DNA of 64,000 bases from an uncultured virus (IMG/VR IMGVR_UViG_3300032220_001634) (Duplodnaviria > Heunggongvirae > Uroviricota > Caudoviricetes), in IMG/VR virus record IMGVR_UViG_3300032220_001634. The stretch is one strand, 5' to 3'. Of the stretch, positions 41,213-48,989 are shown one piece after another (position 1 is the first letter of the stretch; each line of letters starts with the position of its first letter). Position numbers and translations under genes: made by a program. The notes beneath the pieces were generated by a model, which saw nothing but the letters and a program-made list of their open reading frames with translations, was not told the DNA's origin and did not search any database.

Positions 41213-41925
41213 ATTCTAAAAACCCCCTTTTTAATAAGCTTCGAGATTACTCTTGAAGAGGCGGTTTCTAGAGATTTCTTAGTTGAAACTCCTATAGTTG
41301 ATTGATTGAATTTGACATCGTCCATGCCGTCTAAAAGTGATGATTTCTTAACTGTCACCGCTTCCCCGCTTCCCGATCCTGTTATTATTTCTCCTGATTG
41401 TGCATCAACAAATCTAACTTGTAAACCCAAAGTTGTTTTTTGTTTTATCTCGACACCGCCTGTTTGTACTTCTTCATCCTCTGAGACTGAAAAATCATAA
41501 ACCTCAATATAAACAAAATATTTAGCTAATATAACATTTCCCTTAACTTGTATCTTATTCTCGGTAACTCCCGCATCAGATGCCTTTTGTTGTTTGATCA
41601 TTCTTTGCTTGATCTCTTCCTTGTCCTCTGTGAATTTGAATCTATCAGTAGATTCTAGATATTCTAGAACTATATTTGCTACCCCGAGACCGACTCTCTT
41701 GTCCTTTAGCTCTGGGTACATTGCATATACATCTTCGTTAATTCCTATTTGAAGTACTTGTATAGGAATAACTATAGTATCCGTGTAATCTGAAACAACA
41801 GATATTGATTGTTTCTTCTCGAAATCAGCTTGATATGTTTCTGTTTTAGTGCTTCCGATCTTTTGAGCTTTAAGACCAAATGCTGAAGCCCCGAAAATTC
41901 CAATAAGTAAAAATATCTTATTCAT
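41209..41925 (-). CDS. CsgG/HfaB-like envelope protein
   Basis: Signal peptide, LGVANIVLEYLESTDRFKF, VRFVDAQSGEII.GSG. Confidence 0.65.
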   Translation of the reverse strand: MNKIFLLIGIFGASAFGLKAQKIGSTKTETYQADFEKKQSISVVSDYTDTIVIPIQVLQIGINEDVYAMYPELKDKRVGLGVANIVLEYLESTDRFKFTEDKEEIKQRMIKQQKASDAGVTENKIQVKGNVILAKYFVYIEVYDFSVSEDEEVQTGGVEIKQKTTLGLQVRFVDAQSGEIITGSGSGEAVTVKKSSLLDGMDDVKFNQSTIGVSTKKSLETASSRVISKLIKKGVFRI

Positions 41926-41976
41926 TTCTAATACGTTTTTTAAAATAAAAGTGGGATTATTGCCCCACTTTTACTA

Positions 41977-42315
41977 TTACCAAGATTCTTCTTGTTTAGG
42001 CTGAGCTGGTTGAGCTGGTTTCTCAGCAGGAGCTTTCTCTATTGTTTTCTCTTTGATGATGGTTGTTGTTCCTCCACCAGAGCTTTGCTTCTGTTGATTC
42101 GTGTTGTTATTCTCTAGATTAACATTAATAACAGGAGCAGCAGCGGGAGCTGCTTGTTCTGTTTTTGTTTCCTCTTTTGAATCAGAACCTCCGAATAGAT
42201 GAGTTGTCACCCAAGTTCCACCTGCGAGGATTATGGTCGATATACCGCCAATAATTGTTTTCTTTAGACCTGACCAAGTTCCATCGTTGGTCTCTACATT
42301 TTGTTCTTCTGACAT
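41977..42315 (-). CDS. Small membrane-anchored protein
   Basis: Single hydrophobic helix, Pro/Gln-rich tail. Confidence 0.55.
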   Translation of the reverse strand: MSEEQNVETNDGTWSGLKKTIIGGISTIILAGGTWVTTHLFGGSDSKEETKTEQAAPAAAPVINVNLENNNTNQQKQSSGGGTTTIIKEKTIEKAPAEKPAQPAQPKQEESW

Positions 42316-42331
42316 GTGTTATTTGTTTTTT

Positions 42332-42682
42332 TTAATTTGTAGTAAGAGTGGTAGATAGAGAAGTACCGTCTTCCTCATCAACTTTCTGAATTAGCATTTT
42401 ATCTCTGTCTTCAGAGTTAAACCAATAATCAACTACCTTATTTAGATTACCAACGAAAGCCCCTAAAAGGATTAGAAGCATTTCTTTCCAATCTTCTCCG
42501 ATGGTTTTACCAAAGAATACTCCGGCATTAATTCCCATAATGATTAGAAAAAATAATCCTAATACGATTGCAGTGATTTTCCATCTATTGGCTTGCATTT
42601 GCTGAAGCATATAGTAGAATCTGTTCCTATCTTCTACTTTTACGTAGTCTGCTTGCCCTGTAAATAATTTTTTAACGTTCAT
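42332..42682 (-). CDS. Two-TM membrane protein (holin-like)
   Basis: Two hydrophobic helices, LLGAFVGNLNKVVDYWF. Confidence 0.5.
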   Translation of the reverse strand: MNVKKLFTGQADYVKVEDRNRFYYMLQQMQANRWKITAIVLGLFFLIIMGINAGVFFGKTIGEDWKEMLLILLGAFVGNLNKVVDYWFNSEDRDKMLIQKVDEEDGTSLSTTLTTN

Positions 42683-42704
42683 GATTTTTATAGTGTATTA
42701 TGTT

Positions 42705-44609
42705 TTATTGCTTTACTAGCTTTTGAGCTGTCATTTTTAGATTGCTGTCTGTTAAAAGTCCAACAACGTAAGTTCCTGTTGAAAGTGTTCCAAGATCAAC
42801 AGTGTATGAGTATTTTCCCTGTGGAAAGTTTTCCGTTATGACGTCGATTTGTTTTCTTCCGTTTATATCATAAACTCCTAAGCTTGCTCTGGTTCCTTGA
42901 GTAAGAGAGAATGAAAAAGTAACTGGACCATCGGTTGGATTAGGATAAACCAGCAGAGTATTAGGAGAAATTATTGTTGCACCACTTGACATTCTCAATT
43001 GAAGAAATCCTTCTGTAGGTTTGATTCCATAATCTTGAGAAGCTGGTCCACCTGCTGCTTTTCTTGTTACCCAAAGAGGACTAGAGGTCCAGTTTGTTTT
43101 TGGCTCAAGTGCTAAGAACTTAAGCGTGAAAGCAACATCTCCGTTTTTAAGCATATTCTGTCTTCCTGATGGATCGTATCCTCCCCAGTCAACTACGTTG
43201 TTCTCGGGATTAAGATATGTTATCCATTTAGCTACTGATGATGTTTGTTCTATTCCTTTGAATTCTAAAAGAGATTGATCATACCAAACTCCAAATTGCA
43301 TAGAAGCTATTTGGTCACCTGTTGTCGAAAGATATTTAACCGGAACGTTTACTAGATTACCCGTTTGAACGTCATTCAATCTTGGTAGGTTTAATTCTAT
43401 AGTTGGGTTGTTGTTATCAAACTCTATATTTTTATCTATAATATAGTTAAGAGAGTTATTAGGGTTAACGATTTGAACTGGTACCATACGTGCCATGTGA
43501 TAACCTGTACCGTTAGCATCACCCATACCTAAGACATAGAAAGTAACAGAGTCTGGTTGATTCGGTAAAATGTCGAATGTCAGGATTGTAGTACCCGAGA
43601 TCGTTGAAGTGTAATTTGTAGAAGATCCATTAATCGTGTTATATTCTGATTCGGAGAAGAATTTAACATCCTTAACGTTGTTTGGCCAAGCTGAAAGGTT
43701 GCCTGAAATTCTTCCGAAGATCGAGTAAACGTCAGCGATCGTTATGTTATTAGATCCGTTAACATCTGATGTATAGTAATCAAATCCTAGAGGAGTAGCC
43801 GTTCCTAAAACTATATCATTAACTTTTTGAGCATCCGCTGTTGTTATGATATTACCAAATCCGAGTGTGTCGCCTTTTACGTAAAGTCTAGCGTCATAAT
43901 AGGTAGTGTCCACTGATTGGCTGAAAGTAAATCTACCGTTTAAGTCAGTTGTGGTAAATGCAACATCAGACCAAGTCCCACTTGTTTTTGGTTTTCTCTG
44001 TAAAGATAAGGTTAGATTCTTAGCTGGAGTTCCCGTTACGTTAAGGAATTTACCTCTGTAATTAAGTTTTATAGGAGAGATAATACCGCCGTAGTTATGT
44101 AAAGTTAATGTTACATCCATACCAGCTATATCAGAAGCACCGTTAGAAAAAACTGTGGTACCTGTAATGGACATATTCGAAATTGTAGTATATGTCCAGA
44201 AGTTGGCAGAGTGCGATAGTTTTAAATCAAAGAGTTGTCCCTCTGGAATAGTAAAGGTTGTACTGTTACCAGTATAAACTAAAGTGATGGTGATACTTCC
44301 TTCTGTTGTGTTTGTAACATATTGGAGAGATTGGGGAAATGAGGTATTCAAAGAAGTAACCACTGGAGCGGATCCTCCGAAGGCATTCTTATCATACCAA
44401 ACCCTGAATTGAACCCCCGAAATCTTAGTGGAGGTTGAATTTTTAAAACACATTTTAACGTGGGTTTCTCCGGAATTAACCGTTCCGGCTGTGTAAGTTG
44501 TGTCGAAGATTACGTAAGTTCCCGTACCTGGAGTTGGTGGGCAGGTCTGTGAGAATGCAGAAACCGCCGTAAATAACAGCCCTGCTAAGACCGATAGAAA
44601 TTTTTTCAT
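42705..44609 (-). CDS. Secreted cohesin-dockerin-cohesin protein with T9SS C-terminal sorting domain
   Basis: Signal peptide; two cohesin-like repeats (GVQFRVWYD, SMQFGVWYDQSLLEF); DVNGSNNITIAD; VYPNPT...LSTGTYVV...KLVKQ. Confidence 0.75.
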   Translation of the reverse strand: MKKFLSVLAGLLFTAVSAFSQTCPPTPGTGTYVIFDTTYTAGTVNSGETHVKMCFKNSTSTKISGVQFRVWYDKNAFGGSAPVVTSLNTSFPQSLQYVTNTTEGSITITLVYTGNSTTFTIPEGQLFDLKLSHSANFWTYTTISNMSITGTTVFSNGASDIAGMDVTLTLHNYGGIISPIKLNYRGKFLNVTGTPAKNLTLSLQRKPKTSGTWSDVAFTTTDLNGRFTFSQSVDTTYYDARLYVKGDTLGFGNIITTADAQKVNDIVLGTATPLGFDYYTSDVNGSNNITIADVYSIFGRISGNLSAWPNNVKDVKFFSESEYNTINGSSTNYTSTISGTTILTFDILPNQPDSVTFYVLGMGDANGTGYHMARMVPVQIVNPNNSLNYIIDKNIEFDNNNPTIELNLPRLNDVQTGNLVNVPVKYLSTTGDQIASMQFGVWYDQSLLEFKGIEQTSSVAKWITYLNPENNVVDWGGYDPSGRQNMLKNGDVAFTLKFLALEPKTNWTSSPLWVTRKAAGGPASQDYGIKPTEGFLQLRMSSGATIISPNTLLVYPNPTDGPVTFSFSLTQGTRASLGVYDINGRKQIDVITENFPQGKYSYTVDLGTLSTGTYVVGLLTDSNLKMTAQKLVKQ

Positions 44610-44740
44610 CTGTTTGTTTTGGTTTTTTTTGGTTCAATCTATATATTCTTGTTGATCCAAAAATCCCTTTGATGAAAATAAAATCCAATAAAAAAGGCAG
44701 ATTTAATACCTGCCTTTTCGAATTTATTAAAAAAATATAT

Positions 44741-45031
44741 TTATTCTGTGTTATGTGACATCCAATCTTCCATTTCTTTTCCTGTTTTTGGATTAACTTC
44801 TTTCAGATGCTCGAAAGTTATTTCATATCTTCCTAGTGTTACACTAGTTTCAAATGTCACGTCATGTAAGCTGTCAAAAAGAACGTTAAGCTCGTCGTAT
44901 TTTTTCTGAACTTCCTGAAGTTGTACTTCCTTTTCTTCTACCTTTCTGCCCGTTAAAAAAGAACTAACTAACCCTGAAATAAGCGTGGCTACTATGAGCC
45001 AGATCAAAGAAACCTTTTTCATTTTTTTCAT
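44741..45031 (-). CDS. Hypothetical membrane-anchored protein
   Basis: N-terminal TM helix plus coiled coil. Confidence 0.55.
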   Translation of the reverse strand: MKKMKKVSLIWLIVATLISGLVSSFLTGRKVEEKEVQLQEVQKKYDELNVLFDSLHDVTFETSVTLGRYEITFEHLKEVNPKTGKEMEDWMSHNTE

Positions 45032-45041
45032 TTTTATTTAG

Positions 45042-45113
45042 TAGTCTCGCACGGAGTCGAACCGAAATTACCTCCGTGAAAGGGAGGCGTCCTAACCATT
45101 AGACGACGAGACC
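45042..45113 (-). tRNA. tRNA-Glu(TTC)
   Basis: Cloverleaf, CCTCC-CTTTCAC-GGAGG. Confidence 0.9.
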
Positions 45114-45118
45114 AATTG

Positions 45119-45213
45119 CGGGAATAGGGGGAATCGAACCCTCCGTCACGTCCATGTTCCTTGCTATAAAAGCGAAGTACTGAGGATTGCTCTAAACACT
45201 GAGCTACATTCCC
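45119..45213 (-). ncRNA. tRNA-like RNA with enlarged anticodon arm
   Basis: Normal acceptor, D and T arms; ~38-nt anticodon domain. Confidence 0.65.
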
Positions 45214-45216
45214 TAG

Positions 45217-45303
45217 CGGAGGCTCAGGGATTCGAACCCCGGTTACGGTTTCCCGTAAAGCGGTTTTCAAGACCGCCGCATTCGACCGCTCTGCCAAACC
45301 TCC
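45217..45303 (-). tRNA. tRNA-Ser(TGA)
   Basis: GCGGT-CTTGAAA-ACCGC, long variable arm. Confidence 0.93.
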
Positions 45304-45500
45304 GATTGACACCCTGTTTTATCCAACTACAGATGTCGTGGTTGTCCCTGACAATTGCCAGGTTAGGAATAGCCATTTGTCCTCACGAGGTCGGGCTGAC
45401 TTGCCCTGACGTTCTCCCTATACGTCAATGTACGTTCCCATACGGTCATCACTCCGTTTCTTATCATATTGGGCATATTATTCGGGGATAAGCCGAAACG
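45304..45500 (-). ncRNA. Candidate structured ncRNA (~197 nt)
   Basis: GC-rich spacer with at least six hairpins, between tRNA-Asp and tRNA-Ser. Confidence 0.5.
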
Positions 45501-45502
45501 TG

Positions 45503-45576
45503 CGGTCCCTGCGGGATTCGAACCCGCGACCTCCGCCGTGACAGGGCGGCGTTGTGACCAACTCTACTAAGAGACC
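45503..45576 (-). tRNA. tRNA-Asp(GTC)
   Basis: CCGCC-CTGTCAC-GGCGG. Confidence 0.93.
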
Positions 45577-45580
45577 TCTG

Positions 45581-45653
45581 AGCGGGAGACCGGGCTCGAA
45601 CCGGCCACCTATAGCTTGGAAGGCTATCGCTCTACCAAATGAGCTACTCCCGC
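45581..45653 (-). tRNA. tRNA-Gly(TCC)
   Basis: ATAGC-CTTCCAA-GCTAT. Confidence 0.93.
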
Positions 45654-45657
45654 TTGA

Positions 45658-45796
45658 AAGATAATGTCGGAGTACCCGTCTCGCTCCAATCTTAACAGCT
45701 TCATCAGAGTTTTCTCTGGGCCCAGGCTGAGGGTGCTGAACTTTTTGGCTCCCGTTGGAATTGTCGACATTCACAACGGGAAAGAACCATTATCTT
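45658..45796 (-). ncRNA. Candidate structured ncRNA (139 nt)
   Basis: Perfect 9-bp terminal stem AAGATAATG/CATTATCTT enclosing several hairpins. Confidence 0.5.
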
Positions 45797-45797
45797 A

Positions 45798-45893
45798 GCT
45801 GACTAAAGGGAATTGAACCCAGTCCTCCGGCCCTGATTTCAGCTGTGAGGCTTACTTTCCGGGGCCAGTGTGCCGCCTTTACACTATAGCCAA
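45798..45893 (-). ncRNA. tRNA-like RNA with branched insertion in the anticodon arm
   Basis: Acceptor TTGGCTA/TAGTCAG, D arm, GGGTTCAATTCCC T arm, CTGGCCC/GGGCCGG stem enclosing 28 nt. Confidence 0.6.
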
Positions 45894-45942
45894 TCGGACG
45901 TTTCGAACCGTCCAGACTCAGGGTAATTAGTCATGAGTCCTG

Positions 45943-46015
45943 TTGCGAGGGAGGGATTCGAACCCCCGACCTCCGGGTTATGAGCCCGGCCAGATACCGC
46001 TTCTAACACCTCGCA
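45943..46015 (-). tRNA. tRNA-Met(CAT), initiator type
   Basis: CCGGG-CTCATAA-CCCGG with three G-C pairs next to the loop. Confidence 0.88.
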
Positions 46016-46017
46016 AT

Positions 46018-46566
46018 CTATATTTTAATGTGACTCCATCTTTTTTCAGACTTTATCATCGCTACTGTTGTTTTCGTAACATTTTCAAAAAGATTAGCTA
46101 TTTTTTGATAGCTTAATTTTCCCTCTTTTAGATGTCTTTTAATCTCAATAACAGTATTCTCTGTTATCTTACTTCTTCCGTTTTTCTCTCCCGTTAATCT
46201 AATCCCAACTCTACCTTCTGCCCTTTTACTTAATATTTTTTTTGTTTCCTCAGAATGAGATTTCCCCTTAAATCCGTTACTTCCCTCTCCTCCTGCAGTA
46301 CCATTTAGAATATTAAATCCCCAAGACTTTAATTGTGATATCCAATATGATTCTCTAAAAGACCAATCGGATTCATCTACAGTTTCTAATATTTCCATCT
46401 TTGGCATTTGTCCAGATTTCAAAAGATCGTGTATCCATATTTCCTTTTGGGTTCTTCTTTTTTTAGATTCCTTAAGGTGTATTTTAAATCTTTTTTCCGG
46501 GTTATTAGATTTTCCAACGTATCTAATCCCTTCCGAGTCAGATAAAATATAAATATAAGTTTCCAT
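46018..46566 (-). mobile_element. Free-standing GIY-YIG homing endonuclease with NUMOD3 motif
   Basis: YIYIL...RYVGKS..PEKRF..H, E..WI, NGTAGGEG, GKSHSEETKK. Confidence 0.88.
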
Positions 46567-46657
46567 ATATTATATATCAAATTAGACTTCTGAAACCAAT
46601 GAGCTAACACTTTTGATTTTATCTATACTTTCAAAGAGCTTTTGTTTTTATTACTCA

Positions 46658-46690
46658 GCAAATATATTATTGTTTCACGGAGTAAAAAAA
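46658..46690 (-). promoter_or_regulatory. Putative early promoter (repeat copy)
   Basis: TTTTTTTA-N3-CG-N11-TATATTTGC. Confidence 0.65.
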
Positions 46691-47680
46691 TTATTCTTCT
46701 GATTTTTTCAAACTTTCTTGAATAACACCGATTATTCTATAAGGATCAGCGTTAGCAGCAGGTCTACGATCTTCCAAATAACCTTTTTTAGTTTCCATTG
46801 TGGATTGAGGAATTCTAATAGAAGCTCCTCGATCAGAAACGCCATAAGAGAATTTATCGATGTGTTGGGTTTCATGAAGACCTGTCAGTCTTTTATCATT
46901 GTCAGACCCGTAACATTCCATGTGCTCTTTGTGTCTCTTTTCAAAAGCGTCAAAGATTTTTTCGAACGTCGTCCAATCACCCAAGCTTCTCATTTTCTCA
47001 GTTGAGAAATTTGTATGAAGTCCGGATCCATTCCAATCACCAGATAGTGGTTTAGGTAAATAGTTTACTTGAACATCAAATTTCTCTGCCACTCTATCCA
47101 AAAGATATCTTGCTACCCAAAGCTGATCTGCTGCATCAGTTCCTTGTCCAAAGATCTGAAATTCCCACTGTCCCAAAAGTACCTCCGCGTTTATTCCTGT
47201 TATTCCTAATCCTGCATGGAGACAACAATCTAAATGTGCCTCTACTATTTCTCTTCCTGATACACTTTTCGATCCAACACCGCAGTAGTACTTTCCTTGA
47301 GGATCTTGATTTTCCAGATTTCCGAATCCTAACGGAAGCCCGTTTTTGAATAAAACATACTCCTGTTCAAATCCCCACCAGTTGTCTTTTATATACTCAA
47401 CAGAACTTCTCATGTTTGTCTCATGAGGTGTACCGTCTGGATTTAGAACTTCACAAAGCACCAAGAAAGAATTTTCTCTCTGCGGATCAGGAAGCAACTT
47501 TACCGGTTGCAAGACGCAATCAGATTTTTTCCCTTCCGCTTGCATAGTTGAAGATCCATCAAAATTCCATCTAGGTAAATCCCCAACACTAACAACTTGA
47601 TTTATAATTTTAGTCTTAGATCTTAAATTTGGTTCTGGTTTATACCCGTCTAGCCAAATGTATTCGTACTTATACTTCAT
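46691..47680 (-). CDS. glnA: Glutamine synthetase (GSII type)
   Basis: EYIWLDG..NLRSKT, WNFDGSST, PQGKYYCG, NAEV..GQWEFQ, DWNGSGLHTNFS, RLTGLHET, GYLEDRRP. Confidence 0.95.
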   Translation of the reverse strand: MKYKYEYIWLDGYKPEPNLRSKTKIINQVVSVGDLPRWNFDGSSTMQAEGKKSDCVLQPVKLLPDPQRENSFLVLCEVLNPDGTPHETNMRSSVEYIKDNWWGFEQEYVLFKNGLPLGFGNLENQDPQGKYYCGVGSKSVSGREIVEAHLDCCLHAGLGITGINAEVLLGQWEFQIFGQGTDAADQLWVARYLLDRVAEKFDVQVNYLPKPLSGDWNGSGLHTNFSTEKMRSLGDWTTFEKIFDAFEKRHKEHMECYGSDNDKRLTGLHETQHIDKFSYGVSDRGASIRIPQSTMETKKGYLEDRRPAANADPYRIIGVIQESLKKSEE

Positions 47681-47749
47681 AGATTTACTTTAATTGTTAT
47701 ACACCTAAGGATTAAAAATGATTCATCTTACAGCTTATTTTTTTATCTG

Positions 47750-47835
47750 CGGAGAGCGGAGGAATCGAACCTCATGCAGTTACCCGCACGTCGCGCTTAG
47801 CAGGCGGACCTACTCACCGTTGTAGGTCGCTCTCC
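47750..47835 (-). tRNA. tRNA-Ser(GCT)
   Basis: CTGCTAA loop, long variable arm. Confidence 0.85.
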
Positions 47836-47840
47836 ATTAG

Positions 47841-47927
47841 TACCTCGGGTCGGGGTCGAACCGACACGGACCTTTCGGTCCACAAGATTTTAAGTCTTGC
47901 ATGTGCTACCAATTTCATCACCGAGGC
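47841..47927 (-). tRNA. tRNA-Leu(TAA)
   Basis: CAAGA-CTTAAAA-TCTTG, long variable arm. Confidence 0.92.
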
Positions 47928-47930
47928 ATA

Positions 47931-48005
47931 GGTTGACCGACCGGGTTCGAACCGGCGACGACAGGTGCCACAAACCTGTGCTCTACCAACTGAGCTACAG
48001 CCAAC
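47931..48005 (-). tRNA. tRNA-His(GTG)
   Basis: CAGGT-TTGTGGC-ACCTG. Confidence 0.9.
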
Positions 48006-48012
48006 ATGAAAA

Positions 48013-48453
48013 TTAAATCTCTTTTGTTTTCTCGAACTCTTCAGGGTCTACCTCTTTAATCGGGACAAACAAAGCGTATCCATCATCGTCTTCGAAATGA
48101 TTGCAAACATCTAAGAATACACCAAATTTATGTCTCCAGTATTCAAAGACATTTTTTTCTGCGTTCCATCTTGCCACCGTGCAATTTCTATGATTTCCTA
48201 AATAGCAATTTCCATGAACGAGATCTTTCTTAGGTATAGCTCCTGCCTTAATGAGTTTAGGAACATAGAATTCTCTATACTCATTTTTTTCAACCCTAGG
48301 TATTGCGGGGACATCATATGGATTCTCGAACTTTCCTAGAGTTTCCCAATGTTCTCTTATTCTAGCTTCTCTTTCATCATGAAGCCTTTTTCTCTCCTTC
48401 TCAAATTTAAGACGGAGTAGATCTTTGTTTTCCTGTTCCATTTCTTTTTTCAT
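48013..48453 (-). CDS. Hypothetical protein inside tRNA operon
   Basis: 146 aa ORF between tRNA-Cys and tRNA-His. Confidence 0.65.
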   Translation of the reverse strand: MKKEMEQENKDLLRLKFEKERKRLHDEREARIREHWETLGKFENPYDVPAIPRVEKNEYREFYVPKLIKAGAIPKKDLVHGNCYLGNHRNCTVARWNAEKNVFEYWRHKFGVFLDVCNHFEDDDGYALFVPIKEVDPEEFEKTKEI

Positions 48454-48468
48454 AATTTATTTTTTTAG

Positions 48469-48543
48469 AGACGCCGGTCAGATTCGAACTGACGGTTATA
48501 CAATTTTGCAGACCGTTGCTTTGGGCCACTCAGCCACAGCGTC
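48469..48543 (-). tRNA. tRNA-Cys(GCA)
   Basis: CTGCAAA loop, U discriminator. Confidence 0.9.
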
Positions 48544-48552
48544 TTATTTTAG

Positions 48553-48625
48553 AGGACAGTGTCGGATTCGAACCAACTTCCCGTGATTACAAATCACGTA
48601 TTCTAACCAGTTGAACTAACCGTCC
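48553..48625 (-). tRNA. tRNA-Thr(TGT)
   Basis: CGTGA-TTTGTAA-TCACG. Confidence 0.9.
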
Positions 48626-48660
48626 TTTTTAGCTTACATTATGCCAAAGATCACTACAAA

Positions 48661-48699
48661 GAAAAAGGTCTCTTAGTTTTTGACTAAGAGACCTTTTTT
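48661..48699 (-). terminator. Attenuator terminator of tRNA operon 2
   Basis: AAAAAGGTCTCTTAGT-CAAAA-ACTAAGAGACCTTTTT. Confidence 0.85.
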
Positions 48700-48718
48700 A
48701 TATGACTTTATTAAAATC

Positions 48719-48805
48719 TTATTTATCCCTTAGTACAGTGCAAGTTTCCCCGTCACATAACGTTGATGTGTGGCTACTCGATTCTGTATGGAATAAATTT
48801 TTCAT
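48719..48805 (-). CDS. Putative leader peptide 2, MKNLFHTESSSHTSTLCDGETCTVLRDK
   Basis: 28-codon ORF between promoters and terminator; its 3' end is complementary to the terminator 5' arm. Confidence 0.8.
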   Translation of the reverse strand: MKNLFHTESSSHTSTLCDGETCTVLRDK

Positions 48806-48842
48806 TTGCTTTTTATATATCTTTTCGATTTCTTAATTTTAC

Positions 48843-48875
48843 CCAAAGATAAAAAAAAGTTTCGAAATAAAAAAA
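48843..48875 (-). promoter_or_regulatory. Putative early promoter of tRNA operon 2 (GATATATA motif also at 48814-48821)
   Basis: TTTTTTTA-N3-CG-N11-TATCTTTGG. Confidence 0.7.
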
Positions 48876-48989
48876 TATTACATAGGGTTTTTATGTTGGT
48901 ATTCCTACCTATAGTCAGTGACCCGTTAAATCATAATTTTTTGTCCACTGTAATAATTTCTCCTCTATATATAAAAATAAAAAAAAGTT

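Noticed and set aside
45160..45175. Possible UUA ochre-suppressor anticodon in the elongated tRNA-like RNA, implying genetic-code reassignment
   Set aside because: Arm geometry is non-canonical, and genes read full-length in the standard code with TAA as the dominant stop.
45675..45740. Hammerhead-like CTGATGA...GAGAC on the minus strand
   Set aside because: GAAA core is altered, there is an extra base before stem II, and stems I/III are unconvincing; kept only as an unassigned ncRNA.
45034..45774. ORFs 45034-45312, 45306-45491 and 45478-45774 (also 50170-50355)
   Set aside because: They overlap tRNA genes and structured RNA; spurious.
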